Below, piece by piece: positions 48,165 through 56,655 of a DNA stretch of 64,000 bases; positions within the stretch are counted from its first letter, which is position 1, and every line of letters begins with the position of its first letter. A program made the translations under genes and the position numbers. The DNA comes from Candidatus Omnitrophota bacterium (GTDB lineage Bacteria; Omnitrophota; Gorgyraeia; Zapsychrales; JANLHA01): assembly GCA_031423615.1 (NCBI GenBank), contig JANPFV010000106.1, positions 29-64,028 on the forward strand. The letters are read 5' to 3'. Under the pieces are notes generated by a model that was not told the origin of the DNA, made no database searches, and worked only from the letters and a program-made list of their open reading frames with translations.

Positions 48165-49420
48165 ATTTTCGCTTCCGACGGTAAAACCGTACGCTTCACA
48201 AAGTGCAGATGGATAAAAGCCAGACAGATCAGAGTCAGAATATCGGCGTAAGCCATCCCCAAGGTCCCCCATTCTTTGACAAAAACAATACTCAGGACAA
48301 AAAATAATGGCAAACCGATCATCAACGCCACAACATCTTTATTCTGCTGATTGGCGGCTATAAGAAATCGGGACCATAAAAAGGAAAGACTCAACGGAAC
48401 AATTTTCCATATCAAAACCTGAATAAACTTTACTGTCGGAAGAAAGGCCGCACCTAAAAAAAGATTGATCAACGTATGCGCCAAAAAATAGACCGACGTG
48501 GCGATCGAAAAACTTACGATCAACATCAAAAAAGACAATCTGGCGAAATAAGAATATATCATTTTATGATTTTTATGTAGAGTTTCAACAATGGTCGGGA
48601 AAGAGGCTGAAACCATGCTGAATATCAAAATGAAACTGACCCGCAGTATCTTTTTTGTCACATTATAGAATCCCACATCCTCAACCGAAACCAACTTTGA
48701 CAAAATGACAACATCGACTTCTAACAGCAGATTGCTCAAAAGATTAATAAGAAAAAAAGCCGGGATCAGCCCCAGTATTTCTTTAAACTTAAAGACCTGA
48801 AAATCCCCCCACCATGAAATCTTTTCCTGTTGTAAAAGATAAGCCAGGAAAACGACACCGACCATTCTCGAGACAATAAAAGCCCCGATAACCGCATTGA
48901 TGTCGTGGCTGAGACTTAACCACCACACGCCCAACACCAACCAGGCCGTCTCTCTGACCAAGGCGGTATAAAAAGCAAATCTCGCTTTTTTTAATCCGAT
49001 AAAAATATTTTCTCCCAATACATTTAAGAAACAGGGAAATAAAACCAGGCTACTCAAATAAACAGATTTCATTATAAGGGGCGAATAATTCAAAATGTTT
49101 CCTATGATCGCCATTAATACTGCACCGACGGCACAGGAAAGCACTCCCAGTAAAATGCCATTCTTTATGAGCCAGCTTCCTTGATCTTGGTCCTTGCCGA
49201 TTTCGCGAATGACAATGGTGTCGTAGCCTAAAATAGATAAATATTGAAATATCGTGCATAAAGCCATGGCCACGGAAAACAAACCCAATGGACCGGGGCC
49301 CAAATTTCTGGCTATAAAAATGGTAATGATTAAGGAAGAACAGGAAAGACTCATGCGAGTCAACAAAATCGAAAAACTATTTTCAAAGAAGGATCCGGAA
49401 TGGATTTTAGGAATGATCAT
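48161..49420 (-). CDS. oligosaccharide flippase (Wzx, MOP/PST family)
   Basis: 419 aa, about 12 TM, polysaccharide-biosynthesis-protein pattern. Confidence 0.7.
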   Translation of the reverse strand: MIIPKIHSGSFFENSFSILLTRMSLSCSSLIITIFIARNLGPGPLGLFSVAMALCTIFQYLSILGYDTIVIREIGKDQDQGSWLIKNGILLGVLSCAVGAVLMAIIGNILNYSPLIMKSVYLSSLVLFPCFLNVLGENIFIGLKKARFAFYTALVRETAWLVLGVWWLSLSHDINAVIGAFIVSRMVGVVFLAYLLQQEKISWWGDFQVFKFKEILGLIPAFFLINLLSNLLLEVDVVILSKLVSVEDVGFYNVTKKILRVSFILIFSMVSASFPTIVETLHKNHKMIYSYFARLSFLMLIVSFSIATSVYFLAHTLINLFLGAAFLPTVKFIQVLIWKIVPLSLSFLWSRFLIAANQQNKDVVALMIGLPLFFVLSIVFVKEWGTLGMAYADILTLICLAFIHLHFVKRTVLPSEAKI

Positions 49421-49438
49421 GCCTTTCTCAAATATTCT

Positions 49439-50083
49439 TTAAGGTTTTCGTGCAATCCCGCATAAAAGCGAAATGGTTTTAAGAATGATTTTAAAATCCA
49501 ACAGCAAAGACCAGTGATCCACATAGTACAAATCCATAGTGACCATGTTCTTATAATCTATGGAACGCCCGCTATTGATTTGCCACAGACCGGTCAGACC
49601 CGACTTGACGTTAAATCTTCTGAGCATATTTTGATTATGATATTTGATTTCATAATCAATGGCGGGCCGGGGGCCCACAAAACTCATGTCGCCTTTTACA
49701 ACATTCCATATTTGCGGCAATTCATCAAGCTTAAACTTTCTTAAAATTCTTCCGCATCGGGTGATCCGTTTCACATTTATTTTTTCATAAACAATGATAC
49801 TGGCTTGTTTTTGTTCTTTGTCTTGCGTCATCAACTGCTCGATCAACTTTCTATGTATCGACTCATCGTTATAGCAATACATAGATCTGAATTTATAACA
49901 TTCAAATTGGCGTTGGTTTTGTCCGACTCTCATCTGTTTAAAAAAAACCGGTCCCCGAGAATCTAATTTTATAGCGACAGCAATCAAAACAAATACCGGC
50001 CACAAAAGCATCAACAGTATAAGGCCCAAACACCAATCAAAGACTTTCTTAATAACTAATTGAATAGATAAATAATTCTTCAT
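49439..50083 (-). CDS. initiating undecaprenyl-phosphate sugar phosphotransferase (bacterial sugar transferase, PglC/WbaP-C type)
   Basis: single N-terminal TM, GPVFFKQMRVG, KFRSM, DELPQ, VGPRP motifs. Confidence 0.85.
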   Translation of the reverse strand: MKNYLSIQLVIKKVFDWCLGLILLMLLWPVFVLIAVAIKLDSRGPVFFKQMRVGQNQRQFECYKFRSMYCYNDESIHRKLIEQLMTQDKEQKQASIIVYEKINVKRITRCGRILRKFKLDELPQIWNVVKGDMSFVGPRPAIDYEIKYHNQNMLRRFNVKSGLTGLWQINSGRSIDYKNMVTMDLYYVDHWSLLLDFKIILKTISLLCGIARKP

Positions 50084-50536
50084 AGATTAATTATCTTTTT
50101 AATTTTATTATGTGTTCACCTTGTTCAATAAGTACAAGCTCAGGGACCGCTGGCTCAAGGACTAAAAACATGGCAGCCATAAGCGATGTCCAGATCTGCC
50201 GGGCCCAAAAAGCAAGGAGAGTAAACCCGCTGACGTCTTTACGATAAAACAATATATTGTGAGGGCATAAAAGGTGCGGCACAAGCCCTTTTCGGTAACG
50301 ATAAAAATACTTAACTGGCAAGGTGATGAAAATTAAGAGCGTGTAGAGCGTTCTTATGAGAGGCTGTTGACAATTTTATTTATACAGCTTTTCAGAGGGA
50401 AATGCAAGAAAAACGCCGTGCTGCCGGCGAGGGGTTTAGTTTTTCAAAACAGGCCGTAATGGAGAATTTGTGTACGACCCAACAGCCCCCCTAATCATCA
50501 TCGAGAATGGGGATTTTTTTGCTATTTTTACAGCCT

Positions 50537-51046
50537 TCAGGGCGTTTTGACTCTAATGGTCTCGCCGACCTTCAATGTCCCTTCCCGCAAAACCTGCGCG
50601 TAAAATCCGCATCGTCCTTTGATAGCATCTTTCAAATGCGGGTCAATCGCATCCAAGACATAACAAGGATGCCGCTCCTTGGTCAATTGCAAAACAACGC
50701 CGCCGGAAAATTTCAAAATCGTTCCCACCGCCATTCTTTGCACATTCATATTACGGACAGTGAGATTTTCGCCGATTGTCCCGCTTACAAGAGAAAATCC
50801 CTCCCGCGATAACTCCTCCAGCACTTCAGCATCCTGAAAACAAACCGCCTGCGCAGGACGATTATGCTTTTCATGATGATGGCCGTCTCCTTCCAAGCCT
50901 TTTAAAAAAATGCGTACCGATGAGACTCCTTTTTTAGGAATTCCTCCCACGGATATGCATATTCCGTCGACAATAGCGCACGGAGCCTTAGACTCACCGA
51001 AAGTCAAACAAACTTTTGGCTCAGTCAGCACATTTTCCATGGCCAT
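50537..51046 (-). CDS. MOSC-domain protein (Moco sulfurase C-terminal-like; YcbX/YiiM type)
   Basis: about 170 aa; GENLTV...G core; longer ORF start (51079) would overlap nasA-like 3' end by about 20 nt. Confidence 0.65.
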   Translation of the reverse strand: MAMENVLTEPKVCLTFGESKAPCAIVDGICISVGGIPKKGVSSVRIFLKGLEGDGHHHEKHNRPAQAVCFQDAEVLEELSREGFSLVSGTIGENLTVRNMNVQRMAVGTILKFSGGVVLQLTKERHPCYVLDAIDPHLKDAIKGRCGFYAQVLREGTLKVGETIRVKTP

Positions 51047-51059
51047 GTTTTCTTTGAGA

Positions 51060-53267
51060 TTAAAGATTCTTTGCAACATGCGCGGCGCTCAATTTGTAAG
51101 ACGGCTGCCGGGAATAAGGATCAAAAGCCGGGAACGTCAGTTTGTTCGTTTCTTCGTAATGCATGGGAAGAAAAATTTGTCCGGGTTGAATGGTCGCCAT
51201 GATTTTCGCCTGCGCTTTGATCCGTCCCCGTTTTGTCGTGATAAAAACCCATTGATGGGGTTGGATCTTTAACCGCTGGGCATCGAAGGGATTGATCTCG
51301 ACGTATAAATTCTGAGGATACGTTTTTCTCAGAACCGGAGATTTCCCCGTCCGGGTTTGCGTATGCCACTGCGAACTGGTTCCCCGGCCGGTCAAGAGCA
51401 CAAACGAATAAAACTCATCGGTTTCCTCCGGCGGCGGACGGATGGGATCAAATAAGAATCTGGCCTTGCCGTCGTGATGATAAAAAACACCATCCGCCAA
51501 CAGATGGCGTTCCGTTTCTATCAGTTCTTCATTTTCCCGCAAAGGCCACTGTATTCCACCATGATTATCAATCATGCGATAATCTTTAATACCCATTATG
51601 TCGGCGGGTGTTCCTTTCGAAATCTTTTTTAAGATCTGAAAAACCGCTTCCGGCGATGACCACTCCTTAAAAAGCTCTTCACAACCCCAATAACGGGCAA
51701 TCGCTTTGAAAATATAAAAATCAGCCAAGGCCGCTCCCGGAGCCGGTGCGACTTTTTTAAACAAACCGATGCGCCGTTCGGAATTGATCACCGTCCCGCC
51801 TTTTTCTCCCCAGCCGGCGGCCGGAAGAACAAGGTCCGCCATTTGCGCGGTTTCCGTCGTGTGATACATATCCTGCACGACGAGAAATTCCAATGACTTG
51901 AGATGTTCGCGAAATTCACTTTGATTAATCCAAGAATGCGATGGGTTTGTGGCAATGATCCACAGTCCTTTGATTTTATTAACGGGTATGCTCTCGAGGA
52001 TTTGATCATACGCTAAACTGTTGCGATCGGGAATCAGAAGAGTATCCATATTGAGAATAGCGGCAATCTTGGTTCGATGCTCGGCATTGAGAAAATCATG
52101 GCCGCCCAAAAGATTGGTGGTGTTGCTGAACAATCGCGATCCCATGGCATTGCATTGACCGGTGATGGAATTGGCGCCAGTGCCGGGCCGTCCGATGTTT
52201 CCTGTCATCAGGGCCAGATTAATCAGCGACTGCGCCGTCCGCACACCTTCATATCCCTGATTGACACCCATGGTCCACCAAAACGAAACCCGTTGACCGG
52301 CCGCAATGATTGCCGCAAATTCATTTAACTGCAAAACACTCAAGCCCGTCGAGCGGCTGACACTTTCGGGGGTAAACGTTTTAACATGAATTTTAAAAGC
52401 TTCAAAATCAACCGTATGCTGGGCAATATATTTTTCATCAATTGAGCCGCGCTCAATTAAAATATTCGCCAATCCATAAAAAAGAATAAGATCGGTCTTC
52501 GGCAGCAAAGCATAATGTTTCGTTGCCGCCATTGCCGTCTCAGTCTTACGTGGATCGACAACAATAATTTGTGGATTATTTTTATTGCGGCTGACCCGCT
52601 GCCACATGATGGGATGCGCGATGCAGGGATTAGCCCCGACAAAAACAAGGACATCACTCTCCTCAAGATCTTTGTAACTAAACGGCGGCGCATCAAAACC
52701 GAACGAGTGTTTATACGCCACGGCCGCGGTGGCCATGCATTGGCGCGTATTGCCGTCTCCGTGGAGCAGGCCCATGCCGAATTTGGCCAAAGCTCCCAAG
52801 AGCGCCATTTCCTCGGTGCAGATCTGCCCGGTACTTAAAAAAGCCACGCTCTCTTTGCCATATTTGTCCTGAATCCTTTTAAAATTTTCCACAAAACTTT
52901 TTAAGGCCGTGTCCCAATCCACCGGCACTAACTTCCCCGAACGGTCTTTACGATAAGGGGTTGTTGCGCGATCGTGCGCCTTTAATGGAGTCAGCGCTTC
53001 CCATCCCTTAGGACAAGCCTCGCCGAGGTTGACCGGATAATGGACAGTCGGCGTTAAATTGACCGGTTCATTATTCTTAAGATGCACCGTCAGGGAACAA
53101 CCCGTCGAGCAATAACCGCAAACCATGGTGGCTGTCCGGTCAGGGAGAAGACGTTGCGGCAGTTTTCCTAAACCCAAGGCCGACGATTCCAACGCCAATT
53201 CCTTTGTCAAACGCCCGTCCTTTTGCAACATGATATCGTTAAACTTTTGTCTTAGATTTTCTTTCAT
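51060..53267 (-). CDS. molybdopterin (bis-MGD) oxidoreductase, assimilatory nitrate reductase catalytic subunit-like (NasA/NarB type), no Tat signal
   Basis: N-terminal 4Fe-4[10 protein letters not shown]...C motif, MopB domains I-IV, 735 aa; no twin-arginine motif; embedded in nirBD-narK operon. Confidence 0.8.
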   Translation of the reverse strand: MKENLRQKFNDIMLQKDGRLTKELALESSALGLGKLPQRLLPDRTATMVCGYCSTGCSLTVHLKNNEPVNLTPTVHYPVNLGEACPKGWEALTPLKAHDRATTPYRKDRSGKLVPVDWDTALKSFVENFKRIQDKYGKESVAFLSTGQICTEEMALLGALAKFGMGLLHGDGNTRQCMATAAVAYKHSFGFDAPPFSYKDLEESDVLVFVGANPCIAHPIMWQRVSRNKNNPQIIVVDPRKTETAMAATKHYALLPKTDLILFYGLANILIERGSIDEKYIAQHTVDFEAFKIHVKTFTPESVSRSTGLSVLQLNEFAAIIAAGQRVSFWWTMGVNQGYEGVRTAQSLINLALMTGNIGRPGTGANSITGQCNAMGSRLFSNTTNLLGGHDFLNAEHRTKIAAILNMDTLLIPDRNSLAYDQILESIPVNKIKGLWIIATNPSHSWINQSEFREHLKSLEFLVVQDMYHTTETAQMADLVLPAAGWGEKGGTVINSERRIGLFKKVAPAPGAALADFYIFKAIARYWGCEELFKEWSSPEAVFQILKKISKGTPADIMGIKDYRMIDNHGGIQWPLRENEELIETERHLLADGVFYHHDGKARFLFDPIRPPPEETDEFYSFVLLTGRGTSSQWHTQTRTGKSPVLRKTYPQNLYVEINPFDAQRLKIQPHQWVFITTKRGRIKAQAKIMATIQPGQIFLPMHYEETNKLTFPAFDPYSRQPSYKLSAAHVAKNL

Positions 53268-54940
53268 GACATCCTTGCTCCTGGCATTTTAAGCGGCACG
53301 ACGGCCCGAAAAAATAAATAGCGCTCCAAAAATTCCGCAATCAACGACAAGAGACAAATGAAAACCACGATCCAAATGAGAGTATGGATTTCTAAAGATG
53401 CATAGGCCGACTGAAGATACAGCGGCAGAATCACTCCACCGAGTGTACCCAGAAGAAAACGCCAAAACGTCACGTAGGGAAAGGTCTCCTTCATTAGAAA
53501 AGCGGTTTTCTTTAAAGACGTCCACTGTCGCTCTTGCAAATGCCCAAAAAGACTTGCCTCACTGAGCAATTTAACCGCGGTCAAAATCGCCAAAACCTCG
53601 CAGCCCGTTTTCCCCAGAGCCTCCATTAATGAAGAAATATCAATTCCCGTCGATAAAGCAACGCTGACCGCAACCAAAAGGGTACTGGAAATCCCGGTGA
53701 TCGCTGTGGTCAAATAAAATTTAATAGCCGTCATCGGATGGTCCCAAAAAGGACGGCGCGTCACCTGATAAACCATGATGGAACACAAAACTCCCAATAA
53801 TCCGGTTGCCGACGTTAAAATAGCAAAGACATCCTGTATCTGCCGTAAATAATTTTTTTCCCAATGACCCATCCACCGTTCAACAAAATACGGCCAGATC
53901 GTCAGCGCATAACAGGCGGCAAAGAACGCGAATAGGCCAAAGACCACAATCTCGCGGCTTAACCACGATTTTCTCAATCCCAGCACCGCGCGAAAAGCAT
54001 ACAACGGCCGTCCCAAATGAAACACACTGACCCCCAAGGCCATCACCCCGACAACCAAGGCCATCAGAGCATGATACGAAATCATCTTAACGCGGATGGG
54101 ATCAGCGAGAACATGCCGCAAAAACAATCCCGCTCCAAAAGCCCCGACGGAAAACTGGGTCAAAACCAACATCACAATCAAAGGACTATGCGAATGTTCT
54201 GGGGTAACGGTGTACGAATCATTGGACTCCATATTCTCCGGGAATTTTTCTTTTCGCAAATAACGGGTGGTCGGTAAACTGTACCGGGAATCCGGTGCAT
54301 CCGGAATTTGCACAAAGTGATTTGGGTCATTTCTAACCGCCTGAACATCAACCAACGTAACCCGAATCGCCGCCGTAGGACAAGCGCGAACACAAGCCGG
54401 AGCTTCGCCGACGTTCAAGCGGCTGATACACATATCGCATTTGTGCACAATACCTTTTTTCTTATGATATTTGGGAACATCATAAGCGCAGGTAAAGGTG
54501 CAGTACTGACAACCGATACATTGATCATCCAAATGTTTTACAATTCCCGTCGCAGTATCTTTTTCATACGCATTGACCGGACAGCCGTTCAAACATGCGG
54601 GATCAAGACAGTGATGACAGGCGGTCGTGATATGCTGAATGACCGGAGATTGGGTGGTCCCGCCGTGAATTTGCCCGACGGAACGCCAGATTTCATCTTC
54701 ATCGAGGCCATTTTCATTATGACAGGCCGTGATGCAAGCCTTACATCCCGAACATTGGTCCAAATTTACTTCAAACGCATACTGCTGCCCCGGGCCGGGA
54801 GTTGTTTTGGGAATCAATTCCTTATAAAGACTCTGCGCTGCGGGCAGTTGCTTTAAATCATGGGCTATAGAAAATTTTTCTACTGCACTTAGATCCTGCT
54901 GCTCTTTTAAAAAATCGTCCATTGAATTTTGCTTGATCAT
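53264..54940 (-). CDS. fusion of 4x[4Fe-4S] ferredoxin (DmsB-like) with polytopic DmsC/NrfD-like membrane anchor
   Basis: four Cys clusters ([11 protein letters not shown]; [14 protein letters not shown]; [11 protein letters not shown]; CDMCISR...CVRACP) then about 300 aa with about 8 TM helices. Confidence 0.7.
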   Translation of the reverse strand: MIKQNSMDDFLKEQQDLSAVEKFSIAHDLKQLPAAQSLYKELIPKTTPGPGQQYAFEVNLDQCSGCKACITACHNENGLDEDEIWRSVGQIHGGTTQSPVIQHITTACHHCLDPACLNGCPVNAYEKDTATGIVKHLDDQCIGCQYCTFTCAYDVPKYHKKKGIVHKCDMCISRLNVGEAPACVRACPTAAIRVTLVDVQAVRNDPNHFVQIPDAPDSRYSLPTTRYLRKEKFPENMESNDSYTVTPEHSHSPLIVMLVLTQFSVGAFGAGLFLRHVLADPIRVKMISYHALMALVVGVMALGVSVFHLGRPLYAFRAVLGLRKSWLSREIVVFGLFAFFAACYALTIWPYFVERWMGHWEKNYLRQIQDVFAILTSATGLLGVLCSIMVYQVTRRPFWDHPMTAIKFYLTTAITGISSTLLVAVSVALSTGIDISSLMEALGKTGCEVLAILTAVKLLSEASLFGHLQERQWTSLKKTAFLMKETFPYVTFWRFLLGTLGGVILPLYLQSAYASLEIHTLIWIVVFICLLSLIAEFLERYLFFRAVVPLKMPGARMS

Positions 54941-56292
54941 GATGAAACAGCGACGGTTGGTGTAATGACTTTAAGACGGTGGCTTAATGACCCCGCCGCC
55001 GCAAAAGCCTGCTTGGTTTCATTTTCTTCTTGCAATGAAAACTTAACCAGCCAAACCGCAAAAGAAATAATACTGACAATCATGCCCAGATAAAAAAGCC
55101 CTTGACCATAACTCATCGCATCGCTACGAAATAAAAAACCAAATAAAACCCCTCCCACATTTCCGCCGGCGCCAATGATCCCGGCCACCGCCCCGATGGC
55201 TTTGGGCTTAAGAAAAGGGACCACGGAATATGTCGCGCCATTGGCCATTTTAATAAACAGGGCAAAAACCATCATCATGGCGATCGCCGCCGGAAGAATG
55301 GTCATCTGCGAAAAAACCATCAGCGCCAAGCCTCCCACAAATAACGAAATTCCCAAAAACTGAACCCTGGCTTTCAGTCCCCACTTGCGGGCACAAAAAT
55401 CCGAAATAATCCCGCCTAAAGCGCGGGCAAAAAGATTCATCATACCGAAAATCCCGGCGACCAAACCCGCCGCGGTGATCGATAAAGAAAACCTGTCCGT
55501 ATAATAAAGAGCCGCCATATTATTGATTGTCAACTCCACTCCAAAACTTGCGGCGTAAATAAAAAATAAAGCCCAGACCCGTCGGTCTTTTAGGGCTTCA
55601 CGAAATGAACCTTTGGCCGCAGCCTTAGACGGCATTTTTCCCTGTGCTCGCAATTCCTCAATATTTCCCTCGGGAAAATCTTTCGTGCCCCGATAATAAA
55701 CGATTCCCATAACAAAAAGTAGGATCCCAGGAATCATCATGCTCAATCGCCAGCCCCAAAAATGATTGATCCCTAAATTTAACATCCCCGTCAAAATCAA
55801 CGGCATCATCATCTGCGTCATGCCGCCGCCCATGTTTCCCCATCCCGCAGCCGCGCCATTGGCCGTGCCCACGCAATTGGGAGCAAACATCACCGAAGTA
55901 TGATACTGCGTGATCACAAACGAAGCGCCGATGGCCCCGATGGCCAAACGAAACAGAAGAAAACTTTCATAATTGTGTGCCAAACCAATCCCCATGATAG
56001 GCATGGATCCCAGCAATAAAAGAGTTGTATATGCTCGTCGGGCGCCGATCCGGTCACATAACCATCCCATCAGCAAACGCACGACAATGGTGATCGCAAC
56101 CGAAGCGATCATGGTATTACCGATTTGGGTTTTCGTTAAGCCCAAATCGTCACGGACCAAGGGCATCAAGGGCGCGATAGCAAACCAACCGAAAAAACTT
56201 AAAAAAAACGCAAACCACGTCAGATGAAAAGTCCTCATCGCAACGGATTTGAAATCCCATAAATTGACCCGCAGCGCTTTTTGACCGGACAT
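54937..56292 (-). CDS. narK: nitrate/nitrite transporter (MFS, NNP family)
   Basis: 451 aa, 12 TM, NNP signature regions (GxxxNxG-like); operon context. Confidence 0.8.
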   Translation of the reverse strand: MSGQKALRVNLWDFKSVAMRTFHLTWFAFFLSFFGWFAIAPLMPLVRDDLGLTKTQIGNTMIASVAITIVVRLLMGWLCDRIGARRAYTTLLLLGSMPIMGIGLAHNYESFLLFRLAIGAIGASFVITQYHTSVMFAPNCVGTANGAAAGWGNMGGGMTQMMMPLILTGMLNLGINHFWGWRLSMMIPGILLFVMGIVYYRGTKDFPEGNIEELRAQGKMPSKAAAKGSFREALKDRRVWALFFIYAASFGVELTINNMAALYYTDRFSLSITAAGLVAGIFGMMNLFARALGGIISDFCARKWGLKARVQFLGISLFVGGLALMVFSQMTILPAAIAMMMVFALFIKMANGATYSVVPFLKPKAIGAVAGIIGAGGNVGGVLFGFLFRSDAMSYGQGLFYLGMIVSIISFAVWLVKFSLQEENETKQAFAAAGSLSHRLKVITPTVAVSS

Positions 56293-56295
56293 AGG

Positions 56296-56655
56296 CTACT
56301 CCTGTTGATTGTCTTTAGAGATCTTTAACGCCCTGCATTCCACCATCATTTTTCCTTCTAAAACCCAGGCTTTAAAAACATGGACACATTCATGCCCTTC
56401 GCCGCCTTGGCCGGTTTCAAGGTCGAATTTATGACCATGCAAGGGACAAACCACGTGGCCGTCGCCTATGATTCCGTCGGAAAGCGGTCCCTGCCGGTGG
56501 GGACAGCGGTCTTCGACGGCAAAAACTTTTCCATCGCGGGCGCGAAAAACAGCAATGACCTGGTCATTGATCACAAAACGCCACCCTTGCCCGACGGGAA
56601 ATTGCTCAATAGCCCCCAAATCAACAGCCCTGGGTTTGGACATCGTGTCACCCAT
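56296..56655 (-). CDS. nirD: nitrite reductase small subunit (Rieske-like)
   Basis: CPHRQGPL...CPLHGHKF Rieske-type motifs; alternative start at 56643 just after nirB stop. Confidence 0.85.
   Translation of the reverse strand: MGDTMSKPRAVDLGAIEQFPVGQGWRFVINDQVIAVFRARDGKVFAVEDRCPHRQGPLSDGIIGDGHVVCPLHGHKFDLETGQGGEGHECVHVFKAWVLEGKMMVECRALKISKDNQQE

Noticed and set aside
50091-50321. 76-aa ORF in the EPS/nitrate intergenic spacer
   Set aside because: No Shine-Dalgarno sequence, odd composition (FYRYRKGLVPHLLCPH...), and it lies where a promoter/5'-UTR is expected. Treated as non-coding.
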